Part shown: one piece after another, positions 1 to 8,527 of the stretch
Layout: each line of letters begins with the position of its first letter
Position numbering within the stretch: the first letter of the stretch is position 1
NCBI GenBank assembly: GCA_018220985.1
Contig: JAAOXS010000003.1
Coordinates: 8,367 to 72,366, forward strand
Reading direction: 5' to 3'
DNA from: Nanobdellota archaeon
GTDB lineage: Archaea > Nanobdellota > Nanobdellia > PEZQ01
Length of the DNA: 64,000 nucleotides
Notes under the pieces: model-generated
Seen by the model: the letters and a program-made list of their open reading frames with translations, nothing else
What the model was told of the DNA's origin: nothing
The model's database searches: none
Program-made: the position numbers and the translations under genes

Positions 1-2089
1 TTGCTGAGAGTAGGAATCTTACAAATTTTGTTATGTTATCATATATTGTTCTTCCTTCTTCCACTGCGGCAACAATTGTTGTATAATCATCATCTAAAAG
101 TATTATTTCTGAAGAGTTTTTCGCGACATCAGTTCCTTTTTGTCCCATTGCAATTCCTATGTCCGCGTTTTTTAGTGCGGGGGCGTCGTTCACACCGTCA
201 CCTGTCATTGCTACAATGTTTTCCCCTCCACATTTAAGGGATTTTAGTACACGAACTTTGTGTTCAGGTGAGACTCTTGCGAAAACTGAGACGTTTTTCA
301 GTTTTTTTGTGAGTTCTGAGTCATTCATTCTGTCAAGTTCTTCTCCGGTTATTGCAAGAACATCTCCTTCAACCAGTCCTATTTCTGTTGCTATTGCTTT
401 TGCAGTTACTGCATGGTCCCCTGTTATCATTATTGTTCTTATTCCTGCTTCTCTGGATTTTGTTATTGCGTGTTTTGCTTCTTCTCGTGGGGGGTCGTGC
501 ATTCCAACTATTCCAGCAAAAACAAGGTTTTTCTCTTCTTTTTCAGTTATTTTTTTGTTATGCGTTATTTCTTTGTAAGCGAGTAGTAAAACGCGCAATG
601 CTCTTTTGGACATGTCTTCGGTTTGCAGTAGTATTTCTTTTCTTTTCTGTTCAGTTAATTTTTTGACTCGTCCGTTAGTAAGTATTTTATCGCATTGTTT
701 TAATGTTAATTCTGGCGCGCCTTTGAAGAATAGTTGTTTTTTGTTTTTTAGAATGTAAATTTTGCTCATTTTTTTTCTTGTTGATGTGAAAGGTATTTCA
801 CCAACATACTTGTAATTTTTGAGAGTTTTTCGTGTTATTCCCGCTTTTTGAGCGGATACGAGAAGAGAGCCTTCTGTATGGTCTCCGAGTATTCTCCATT
901 TATTATTATCGTTTTGGAGTTCTGAATTATTGCATAATACTCCTATTTCCAATGCTTTTGTTAAATCAGCATTAGCAGTTGGTTTTATTGTTTTGTTTTC
1001 TTTTAAGAAATTTCCTTTTGGTTCGTAGCCGATTCCTGTTAATTCCACAGTTCCATTTCCCAAATAGTATTCTCTTGCAGTCATCTCATTTTTTGTTAAC
1101 GTGCCTGTTTTATCAGAACAAATTATATTTGTGCTTCCAAGAGTTTCTGCAGCGTTGAGTTTTCGCACTATCGCGTTTTTCTTAGCCATTCTTTGCACGC
1201 CAAGTGCAAGTGTTACTGTTACTATTGCAGGTAATCCTTCAGGTATTGCTGACACTGCCAGGCTTACTGTTATCATAAACATTTCAACAAATTCTCTGCC
1301 TGCAAGTTCACCTAAAACGAATATGAACGCGCTTAAAATAACTACGCCAATTGCTAAGTATTTGCTTAATTTGTTCAAGTCTTTTTGCAAGGGTGTTGTT
1401 TTTGCTTCAGCTGTTTGCACGAGTTCTGTTATTGCGCCAATTCTTGTGTGCATGCCTGTGTTAATTATAACAGCTTGTCCTGACCCGCTCATAACAACTG
1501 ACCCCATGAAAACAAGATTTGTCCGTTCTGCAAGGGGTGTTGTTTCTTTTAGTTGTTCAAATGTTTTAGTTATTGCTTGAGATTCTCCTGTTAATAAAGA
1601 TTCATCAATCATTAGGCTGGCACAATTTGTTATTCTAGCATCAGCTGGAATGCTCATTCCTTCTTCTAAAAATATTATATCTCCTGGCACGAGTTCGCGT
1701 GCGAGGACTTCTTGTTTTTCCCCGTTTCGCATTATTATTGCGTGAGGAGTTGTTAATTTTTTTAAGGATTCAAGTGCTTTTTCAGCTTTGAATTCTTGTA
1801 CGAACCCAAGAGTGGCGTTTAATACAATTATAATTCCGATTACTCCTGCATCCAAGTATTCGCCTAACACTGCTGACACTACTGCTGCGAAAATTAGTAT
1901 TAAAACCATAACTCCTTTGAATTGAGATATTAACAATTTTAGGGCTGAGAACTTTTTTTTATCAGCTAATTCGTTGAAGCCGTGTTTTTCAAGTAAGGTT
2001 TTCGCTTTTGCACTTGTTAAACCTTGTTTTGACGTTTTTAAGTCTTTAAGGACTTTTTCAACTGGCTGAGAATATTCTTTTCCCTCCAT
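1..2089 (-). CDS. Cation-transporting P-type ATPase (type II, Ca2+-ATPase-like), 3' end runs off the window
   Basis: Not in ORF track. Manual minus-strand translation from ATG at 2089: MEGKEYSQPVEKVLKDLKTSKQGL... with DESLLTGES, IPEGLP, ICSDKTGTLT (phosphorylation site ~1100-1125), KGAP, MITGDH, FARVSPEHK, MTGDGVNDAPALK, DDYTTIVAAVEEGR. Confidence 0.95.
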   Translation of the reverse strand, partial: MEGKEYSQPVEKVLKDLKTSKQGLTSAKAKTLLEKHGFNELADKKKFSALKLLISQFKGVMVLILIFAAVVSAVLGEYLDAGVIGIIIVLNATLGFVQEFKAEKALESLKKLTTPHAIIMRNGEKQEVLARELVPGDIIFLEEGMSIPADARITNCASLMIDESLLTGESQAITKTFEQLKETTPLAERTNLVFMGSVVMSGSGQAVIINTGMHTRIGAITELVQTAEAKTTPLQKDLNKLSKYLAIGVVILSAFIFVLGELAGREFVEMFMITVSLAVSAIPEGLPAIVTVTLALGVQRMAKKNAIVRKLNAAETLGSTNIICSDKTGTLTKNEMTAREYYLGNGTVELTGIGYEPKGNFLKENKTIKPTANADLTKALEIGVLCNNSELQNDNNKWRILGDHTEGSLLVSAQKAGITRKTLKNYKYVGEIPFTSTRKKMSKIYILKNKKQLFFKGAPELTLKQCDKILTNGRVKKLTEQKRKEILLQTEDMSKRALRVLLLAYKEITHNKKITEKEEKNLVFAGIVGMHDPPREEAKHAITKSREAGIRTIMITGDHAVTAKAIATEIGLVEGDVLAITGEELDRMNDSELTKKLKNVSVFARVSPEHKVRVLKSLKCGGENIVAMTGDGVNDAPALKNADIGIAMGQKGTDVAKNSSEIILLDDDYTTIVAAVEEGRTIYDNITKFVRFLLSA

Positions 2090-2166
2090 GTGTTATTATT
2101 CGGATTTTGCGGTTTTTAACTGTTTTCAAGCAAACATTTAATTTTTTCAACCATGTAGTTTTTGTT

Positions 2167-2790
2167 ATGAAAAAATGTGTTGTGCTGATTAGTTCAGGTT
2201 TTGATTCTTCAGTTGCAGCGTATTTAATGAGTAAAAATTGTGATGTTATTTTGTTGCATTTTGATTCTTGGCCTTTTGTTTCAGGGAAGAGTTTGGATCG
2301 TGTTAAGAGTTTGAGAAAAGTTCTTGAAAAGTTTACTGGTAAAAAGTTTGTTTTGTATTGTATTAGCAATGCTTTGGTGCAGAAAAGGTTGTACGAAAAT
2401 TTAGGCGCGTTGCGTTGTGTTCTTTGTAAGCGCTCAATGTACAAGTTAGCTGGTGTTGTTGCTAAAAAGTTAAGTGCTGATTTTTTGGTTACGGGTGATA
2501 ATGTTGGTCAAGTCGCGTCTCAAACAATTAGTAATTTAAAAATTCTTGATGCCGCTGTTGAGTTGTCTGTTTTAAAGCCGTTAATCGCGTATGATAAGCA
2601 AGAAATTATTTCTTTATCAAAGAGTATTGGAACTTTTAGTATTTCAAGTCTTCCTGGAATTAGTTGTAAAATAGTTCCGAATAGGCCTGCTACAAAGTCT
2701 ATTTTAGATGATGTTGAAAGGTTGGAGAAAAAATTGGATTTGGATATTGTTTTTAAGGATTGTTTATCAACTCTCAAGTTGGTTAAGTAG
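2167..2790 (+). CDS. thiI: Stand-alone ThiI catalytic (PP-loop) domain, tRNA 4-thiouridine synthase C-terminal half
   Basis: LISSGFDSSVAAYLM PP-loop, RCVLCKRSMY (CxxC), VTGDNVGQVASQT, LKPLIAYDKQEII, later Cys in GISC; no THUMP domain. Start placed at ATG 2167. Confidence 0.85.
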   Translation: MKKCVVLISSGFDSSVAAYLMSKNCDVILLHFDSWPFVSGKSLDRVKSLRKVLEKFTGKKFVLYCISNALVQKRLYENLGALRCVLCKRSMYKLAGVVAKKLSADFLVTGDNVGQVASQTISNLKILDAAVELSVLKPLIAYDKQEIISLSKSIGTFSISSLPGISCKIVPNRPATKSILDDVERLEKKLDLDIVFKDCLSTLKLVK

Positions 2791-3372
2791 TTTTATTAGT
2801 TTTTTTTCATTGTTTATTAGGTAGTCTGGTTTTGCTTTTTCTAATCGTGTTTTAGTATGAAATCCCCATGTTACTGCAATTGTTGTTAAATCGTTTTTTT
2901 TGGCAGCTTGAATGTCTTGTTCTGTGTCGCCTACGTAAACTTTGCTTTTGATTTGTTCAAGTGTTTTCTTTATTAGTTTTGTTTTATTTGATGTGCCCAT
3001 CTCTGTTGATGATATTATTATTTTTGGTTTTATCCTTGCTTTGTCGCATAATTGTTTTACTGATTTTGAGAAGCCTGATGTTACAACTCCGAATTCTTTG
3101 TTTTTCAAGTATTCTGCGAGTTCAGGTATTATTTCTTGTTTAATTATGTTTTCAGCGTATATTTGTTTTATCATTGTTACTAGTTGTTTTTTGTTTTTTT
3201 CAAAGTCTATGTTTAAAACGTTCTTTACGAATTCGTGCCATTCAGGGTTAAGTTTTTCTCTGAATTCTTTTTCAGTGAGTTTTACGTTAAACGTTTTTCC
3301 TACTTCTTTCCATTGTTCGTAAATCATTTTCCAATTTTTTACTAGTGTGCCGTCAAAATCGAAAAGTATCAT
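2767..3372 (-). CDS. HAD-superfamily hydrolase (phosphoglycolate phosphatase-like)
   Basis: LFDFDGTL motif I, VVTS motif II, VYVGDTEQDIQAA motif IV, VTWGF. Confidence 0.9.
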   Translation of the reverse strand: MILFDFDGTLVKNWKMIYEQWKEVGKTFNVKLTEKEFREKLNPEWHEFVKNVLNIDFEKNKKQLVTMIKQIYAENIIKQEIIPELAEYLKNKEFGVVTSGFSKSVKQLCDKARIKPKIIISSTEMGTSNKTKLIKKTLEQIKSKVYVGDTEQDIQAAKKNDLTTIAVTWGFHTKTRLEKAKPDYLINNEKKLIKLLNQLES

Positions 3373-3473
3373 TGTTAAGAGTTAGTTGTTTTTTTATTTT
3401 AAAGTTATGTTTCATCAATTTTTTCGAGATTTTATAAACATTTATACTTGTGAACTTTCTTATTATTTTTGTT

Positions 3474-4304
3474 GTGAGATTTGATTGTTTTATTGTAAGG
3501 TATTCTGAAATAAGTTTGAAAGGAAGGGGAACGCGTTTTATGATGGAAAAGTTGTTGATGAAAAGTATTCGAACAGCGTTGTTTAAAGCTAATTTAAAGG
3601 GCAAGGTTAGAAAGTCTCATTCAAGAATCATTATTGATTGTGGAAATAAAAAATTGGTTGATGAGTTACGGTTTGTTCCTGGAATTGCGAGTTATTCTCC
3701 TTGTTTGAAAAAAAGTTTTAATGATGTTTACGTTAGTGTTAAAAAATTTGTTAGTGTTAAAAAGCCGAAAACGTTCAGGATTAGTTCTCAGCGAGTTAAT
3801 AAAAATGTTAGCAAAACAAGTGTGAGTTATGATATGGATTTAGGTGCGCGTGTTGTTGATGATTTTGGTTTGAAAGTTAATTTGCGCAGTCCTGAATTGA
3901 ATATTGGCGTGGAATTTATTGATGTGTCGTATGTTTTTACAAAAAAATATTCGGGTATGGGTGGTTTGCCTCAAAACACGCGTAATAAGTTTTCTGCTTT
4001 GATAGATTCTAAAAAATCATTGGTTGCTGCTTTATTGTTGATTAAGAGAGGTTTGTTTCCAAATTTTTTTTGCGTTAAAAAAGGGTGTGTTGATGGGTTA
4101 GATGATTTCTTGTTTTACAATTATGATATTGTTTATATTGATGATTGGAGGGATGTTGAGGGTAAAGTCGTTTCTGTTGGTTGGGGTTTAGAAAAATTGA
4201 ATAGGATTAATGCTTTGAAGGATAGAGGTTGTCTTGTTTTAACCCCTGTTGTGAATTCTGAAGCCACATTTATTAATAAGTACAAAACTTTTTTAAACAA
4301 ATAA
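3474..4304 (+). CDS. thiI: ThiI-like NFLD+THUMP tRNA-binding protein with degenerate PP-loop
   Basis: IVRYSEISLKG N-terminus, THUMP-like KTFRISSQRVNK...KVNLRSPELNIGVEF, GMGGLP linker, then LIDSKKSLVAALLLIKRG in place of LSGGIDSPVAA..MKRG. Start uncertain (GTG 3474 or 3450). Confidence 0.8.
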   Translation: MRFDCFIVRYSEISLKGRGTRFMMEKLLMKSIRTALFKANLKGKVRKSHSRIIIDCGNKKLVDELRFVPGIASYSPCLKKSFNDVYVSVKKFVSVKKPKTFRISSQRVNKNVSKTSVSYDMDLGARVVDDFGLKVNLRSPELNIGVEFIDVSYVFTKKYSGMGGLPQNTRNKFSALIDSKKSLVAALLLIKRGLFPNFFCVKKGCVDGLDDFLFYNYDIVYIDDWRDVEGKVVSVGWGLEKLNRINALKDRGCLVLTPVVNSEATFINKYKTFLNK

Positions 4305-4320
4305 TTGTTTGCGGTTTTTT

Positions 4321-4632
4321 ATGATAAACATTGATGAGTCTAACTTTGAAGATAAAGTTTTAAAAAACAGTAAACCTGTTGTTGTCGATTTTTGGGCGCC
4401 TTGGTGTCAGCCTTGTTTAAGGTTCGGACCAATTTTTGAGGAGTTAAGTAAATCTCGTAATGAGGTTTTCGTTAAATTAAATGTTGATGAACATCCGCGA
4501 ATCGCATCACAATTTAGTGTGATGAGTATTCCAACTATTAAAATTTTTAAGGGTGGTAAAATTATGGGTGAAGTAGTCGGTTCTTTAGATAAAGAGTCTT
4601 TTTCAAAAAAAATTGATGGAATATTAAAATGA
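4321..4632 (+). CDS. trxA: Thioredoxin
   Basis: VVVDFWAPWCQPC, VMSIPT cis-Pro motif. Confidence 0.95.
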   Translation: MINIDESNFEDKVLKNSKPVVVDFWAPWCQPCLRFGPIFEELSKSRNEVFVKLNVDEHPRIASQFSVMSIPTIKIFKGGKIMGEVVGSLDKESFSKKIDGILK

Positions 4633-5843
4633 GTAATTTTAGTGATGCGTTAAAAAAAGTAAGTAAAGCAGGTAAACTGCTTGAAGAAGATGTTAGTATT
4701 CTTGAAAGTCCTCAAAGAGTTATTGGCGTTAGTTTTCCAACAAGTATTGGAGGACAAACTCGTGTGATTAGCGGTTATCGTGTTCAGTACAATAATGCTC
4801 GAGGCCCGTTTAAGGGTGGTATTCGTTTTCATCATTCTGTTGATTTGGATGAGGTTAAAACTCTTGCGTTGTTAATGGCTGTTAAGTGCGCTGTTGTTAA
4901 TGTACCATTTGGTGGTGGTAAGGGTGGAGTAGTTATTGACCCTCGTGGTTTGAGTAGTGGTGATTTGGAAGGTGTTAGTCGTGGTTTTATTCGTGAGTTG
5001 AAGGATGTTGTAGGTGAAAAAAAAGATGTGCCCGCGCCTGATGTTTATACTTCTCCGCAAGTTATGGCTTGGATGCTTGACGAGTACGAAAAAATTACGG
5101 GAAAGCACGCTCCGGGAGTTATCACTGGTAAGCCTTTAGAATTAGGAGGTAGTGAAGGTCGTTCTTATGCTACTGCTCTTGGCGGTTTTTTTGTGCTGGA
5201 TTTTTTTAGGAAGTTTTTGAAGGAGAAAAGGTTTTCTGTTGCAGTTCAAGGTTTTGGTAATGCTGGTAGTCATGTTGCAAGAATATTGTGGGAAAATGGC
5301 CATAAAGTGGTTGCTGTTAGTGACAGTAAAGGAGGAGTTTATGACGTTAATGGTTTGAACGTGCCTTCAATTATTGAGGCTAAAAATGATAAGGGAAGTG
5401 TTCAATCTTTTAAAAGTAAGAATATTAGTAATGATGATTTATTAGGTCTTAAAGTAGATGTTCTTGTTTTATCAGCTATGGAAAACACAGTTCATAAGGG
5501 TAATGTTAGTAATGTTAAGTCTCGTATTGTTTTAGAGTTAGCTAATGGTCCTATTACAAGTGATGCTGATAGTGTTTTAGAGAAGCAGGGGATTACTGTT
5601 ATTCCTGATGTTTTAGCAAATGCGGGTGGTGTTGCAGTTAGTTATTTTGAGTGGGTTCAAAACTTGCAGGGTTTTTATTGGAGTGAGGATGAAGTTAATC
5701 AAAAGTTAAAAGTGTTAATGGATAATGCATCTCAATCAATTATTAAAACTAAAGCAGAATTTGATACAAGTTTTAGAATTGCAGCTTTTGTTTTAGGTGT
5801 TAAAAAAATTCTTGACGCTGAGAAGTTACGTGGTCGTATCTGA
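4629..5843 (+). CDS. gdhA: Glutamate dehydrogenase (Glu/Leu/Phe/Val dehydrogenase family)
   Basis: GPFKGGIRF, PFGGGKGG, DVPAPDV, QGFGNAG, ELANGP, PDVLANAGGVAVSYFEWVQN. Confidence 0.95.
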   Translation: MSNFSDALKKVSKAGKLLEEDVSILESPQRVIGVSFPTSIGGQTRVISGYRVQYNNARGPFKGGIRFHHSVDLDEVKTLALLMAVKCAVVNVPFGGGKGGVVIDPRGLSSGDLEGVSRGFIRELKDVVGEKKDVPAPDVYTSPQVMAWMLDEYEKITGKHAPGVITGKPLELGGSEGRSYATALGGFFVLDFFRKFLKEKRFSVAVQGFGNAGSHVARILWENGHKVVAVSDSKGGVYDVNGLNVPSIIEAKNDKGSVQSFKSKNISNDDLLGLKVDVLVLSAMENTVHKGNVSNVKSRIVLELANGPITSDADSVLEKQGITVIPDVLANAGGVAVSYFEWVQNLQGFYWSEDEVNQKLKVLMDNASQSIIKTKAEFDTSFRIAAFVLGVKKILDAEKLRGRI

Positions 5844-6047
5844 AAGTTTTTTGTTCAGGTCGTCTAATAATTTTTTCAGGTTTATTCCATGAGCTTCTGC
5901 TCCTTGCTCTACTGTTTCGTGAAATGCCATTCCACACATCGCGCAGGGCAGTCCATGTTCCATGAATATTTGTGCTGATTCAGGGTGTTTGCTAACAACG
6001 TCTCCTAAGAGCATGTTTTTAGTTATTTTTTGCTTTTTTTGTTTCAT
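5826..6047 (-). CDS. DUF1858-family small protein
   Basis: ITKNMLLGDVVSKHPE..IFMEHGLPCAMCGMA..ETVEQGAEAHGI matches the DUF1858 pattern with CxxC. Confidence 0.8.
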   Translation of the reverse strand: MKQKKQKITKNMLLGDVVSKHPESAQIFMEHGLPCAMCGMAFHETVEQGAEAHGINLKKLLDDLNKKLSDTTT

Positions 6048-6396
6048 AGTTTTTTATTACGTTTTGCAATGCCTCCATTCCAAGTATTGAGCAGTGAATT
6101 TTTATTGGTGGTAATTTTCCAAGTTCGTTTAATATGTCCTGGCTCTTTATTTTTTTCGCTTCAGTTATTGTTTTTCCTTTTGCAAGTTCGCATAGCGCGT
6201 CTGAGCAAGCGATTGCAGCTATGCATCCGTAAGTTTGAAATTTTACGTCTATTATTTTTTCGTTCTCTACTTTTAAGTATATTTTCATAACGTCACCGCA
6301 ACGTGGGTTTCCTTCTTCACCTATTGCATCTGCGTCTTTCATTTCTCCCGAGTTCTTCGGGTTTGAGAATCTGTCAACTACTTTTTTTGAGTACAT
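6019..6396 (-). CDS. iscU: Fe-S cluster scaffold IscU/NifU-N (MisU)
   Basis: YSKKVVDRFSNPKN, GNPRCGD, FQTYGC, LPPIKIHCS: three conserved Cys. Confidence 0.95.
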   Translation of the reverse strand: MYSKKVVDRFSNPKNSGEMKDADAIGEEGNPRCGDVMKIYLKVENEKIIDVKFQTYGCIAAIACSDALCELAKGKTITEAKKIKSQDILNELGKLPPIKIHCSILGMEALQNVIKNYETKKAKNN

Positions 6397-7552
6397 AGTC
6401 CACCACTTTTGATAACGGAGATATTCTCCTTAATTTTGTTACAATTCCGGGTAATTCTTGCAGTAAGTAATTTATTTCTTCTTGAGTTGTGAATCTGCTA
6501 AGAGTTATTCTTACACTACTATTAGCTTGTTCTGGTGTTCTTCCAATAGCTGTTATCACATGGCTTGGTTCAAGCGTGTGCGATGAGCAGGCCGAGCCTG
6601 TTGATGATGCTATTTCTTTCAAGTCTAAGTATCCTCCAAGTGCTTCGCCTTCTATTCCTTGAAAACAAAAGTTTGTGTTATTGCATAATCGTTTATTCCC
6701 TGTTGGACCGTTTAATTCCACGTTTGGTATTTCAAGAACGCCTTTGATAAGGTTATCTCTTAATTTTGTCATTCTTTCTACGTGTTCAGGTTTCATTGCG
6801 ATTCTAACTGCTTCTCCGAAACCTACGATTCCATGAATGTTTTCAGTGCTTGAGCGCATTCCTCTTTCGTGTCCGCCACCATGTTGCCATGCGTCTATTT
6901 CAGTGCCTGTTTTAATGTATAGTGCACCAACACCTTTTGGTCCGTTGAGTTTGTGAGCGTTAATTGTTGCCATGTCTAAATCTTGTTCTTTCACGTCAAG
7001 TTTTGTTTTAGTGTAGCTTTGGCATGCGTCTGTGTGAAAGTACACGTCGTGTTCGTGGCTTATTTTTGTTAGTTCTTTTAAGTTTTGTATTGTTCCTATT
7101 TCGTTGTTGCCATGAATTGCTGAGAACAGAATTGTTTTTTTTGTAATCGCGTTTTGTAATTCGTCTGTTTTAACAAATCCGTTTTCATCCACGTTCAAGT
7201 ACGTGATTTTAAATCCTTGTTTTTCTAACCATTTGCAACTATGTAGTACACAGTCATGGTCTATTTTTGTTGTTATTATGTGATTTCCTTTTTCGCGGTT
7301 AGTAAATGCTGTGCTTTTTAGGGCAAAATTGTTTGATTCAGTGCCTCCGCTTGTAAATATTATTTCTTCTGGTTTTGCTCGTATTGATTTCGCTATTGTT
7401 TCACGCGCGTCTTCCATTGCGTGTTTTGCTTCTTGTCCCCATGAGTGTCCTGATGATGCGTTGCCGTATTTTTGTGTGAAGTATGGCTTCATTTTTTCAA
7501 GTATTTTCGGGTCAACTTTTGTTGATGCTCCGCTATCCAAGTATGTTTTCAT
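6374..7552 (-). CDS. iscS: Cysteine desulfurase IscS/NifS (MisS)
   Basis: YGNASS, FTSGGTESNN, NNEIGTIQ, HTDACQ, AHKLNGPKGVG (PLP Lys), STGSACSS catalytic Cys; ATG 7552 preceded by GGAGGT. Confidence 0.95.
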   Translation of the reverse strand: MKTYLDSGASTKVDPKILEKMKPYFTQKYGNASSGHSWGQEAKHAMEDARETIAKSIRAKPEEIIFTSGGTESNNFALKSTAFTNREKGNHIITTKIDHDCVLHSCKWLEKQGFKITYLNVDENGFVKTDELQNAITKKTILFSAIHGNNEIGTIQNLKELTKISHEHDVYFHTDACQSYTKTKLDVKEQDLDMATINAHKLNGPKGVGALYIKTGTEIDAWQHGGGHERGMRSSTENIHGIVGFGEAVRIAMKPEHVERMTKLRDNLIKGVLEIPNVELNGPTGNKRLCNNTNFCFQGIEGEALGGYLDLKEIASSTGSACSSHTLEPSHVITAIGRTPEQANSSVRITLSRFTTQEEINYLLQELPGIVTKLRRISPLSKVVDYVLKKSS

Positions 7553-7913
7553 AACAGTCGCAACCTCCACATTCAATTGTTTCGTCAAGTTTTTTGTGCA
7601 GTTCGCATAGTACCATGTTTTTTCTAGCTTCTCTGCAAATGTTTTGTGTTTGTTTTATTAGATTAACTTTTGAAGGGTTTTTTAGTATATTTTCAGCTGC
7701 TTCTTTTATTTTTTGTTTTGTTTCTTCGCGGAAAACAACTTGTTTTGCGCGTTTGTTTTTCATGTACTGTGAGACAGCTGGTTCAGTGATGTACAATTTC
7801 TTCGCTATTTCTTTTTGCGTTAGCCCTTTTTTTTTAAGAGTTAGTGCTAGTTCTTTTCTAATCGCTGGAATAATGTACCAGACTTCTAATTCTTGGGGCA
7901 TGTTAACAACCAT
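7533..7913 (-). CDS. Archaeal HTH transcriptional regulator with C-terminal Cys/His cluster (COG2522-like)
   Basis: PQELEVWYIIPAIRKELA, GLTQKEIAKKLYITEPAVSQY HTH, C-terminal IC...LCELH...CGGCDC; first gene of the iscSU operon. Confidence 0.8.
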   Translation of the reverse strand: MVVNMPQELEVWYIIPAIRKELALTLKKKGLTQKEIAKKLYITEPAVSQYMKNKRAKQVVFREETKQKIKEAAENILKNPSKVNLIKQTQNICREARKNMVLCELHKKLDETIECGGCDCYENILG

Positions 7914-7923
7914 AAACAAATTT

Positions 7924-7947
7924 AATTAACAATAGTTAATTTATAAG
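7924..7947 (-). promoter_or_regulatory. TATA box plus adjacent inverted repeat (candidate operator) of the HTH-iscSU operon
   Basis: Minus strand CTTATAAA (7947-7940) about 28 nt before ATG 7913; AATTAAC-N4-GTTAATT at 7924-7941. Confidence 0.45.
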
Positions 7948-7959
7948 GTTTTCTAGTTA

Positions 7960-8253
7960 TTATTTTTGTTCGATTAATTCGAGTAAAGTATTATGTAAAG
8001 TATTTATGTTATTTTCATATCTTATATTATTTATTTTTTTGATTAATTCTTTGTTTAATGGCTCGTTTGGTATTGGATCATGTTCAATATTATAAGCTAA
8101 AAGTATTTCTAGCAAAAATTTAAGTTCGTGAGTGCAACATTTTATTTCTTTTTGTAGTTCTTGTGGAATTCCTGATTTTTCTTTATTCAAGTATCTTATC
8201 GTAAGTGTTACTATTTTACATAGATAAATTTGGTTTTCAATTTCATCATACAT
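7960..8253 (-). CDS. Hypothetical protein (97 aa)
   Basis: ATG-initiated ORF filling the gap; no recognised motif. Confidence 0.55.
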   Translation of the reverse strand: MYDEIENQIYLCKIVTLTIRYLNKEKSGIPQELQKEIKCCTHELKFLLEILLAYNIEHDPIPNEPLNKELIKKINNIRYENNINTLHNTLLELIEQK

Positions 8254-8351
8254 TTTTTTTTCTTATTTATTCAATCAAATTTTTTTTGAGTTTTTCTTTT
8301 GCTAAAGTTTTCTTTTTCCAAGGTTTTTCTTAGTTTTTGTTTATTTTTTTG

Positions 8352-8434
8352 GTACAAGAAAACATTTCTTGTTTTCTGTACACAAAAGATTTGCTTTTGT
8401 TGTAAAGCTTTTTTCTTTTTTGAAAAGAAAAAAG
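8352..8434. repeat. Three tandem inverted repeats (hairpin cluster) downstream of tRNA-Val
   Basis: GTACAAGAAAAC/GTTTTCTGTAC (8352-8381), ACAAAAG/CTTTTGT (8382-8400), CTTTTTTCTTTT-TTG-AAAAGAAAAAAG (8408-8434). Confidence 0.7.
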
Positions 8435-8441
8435 GTTTTAG

Positions 8442-8514
8442 TGGGCTCGGGCGGAATTGAACCGCCGATCTCCACCTTGTGAAGGTGGCGTCATAACCAC
8501 TAAACTACGAGCCC
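8442..8514 (-). tRNA. tRNA-Val(CAC), intronless, CCA not encoded
   Basis: GGGCTCG acceptor pairs with CGAGCCC-A; anticodon arm CCACC-TTCACAA-GGTGG; T arm GGCGG-TTCAATT-CCGCC. Confidence 0.97.
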
Positions 8515-8527
8515 GTTAGTTTATATC

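Noticed and set aside
1-1580. Plus-strand ORFs 1-237, 159-578, 352-666, 1101-1580
   Set aside because: Antisense shadows of the minus-strand P-type ATPase, which the track missed because it has no stop within the window
7960-8514. Integrated element at tRNA-Val
   Set aside because: No integrase and no duplicated tRNA 3' end noticed in the window
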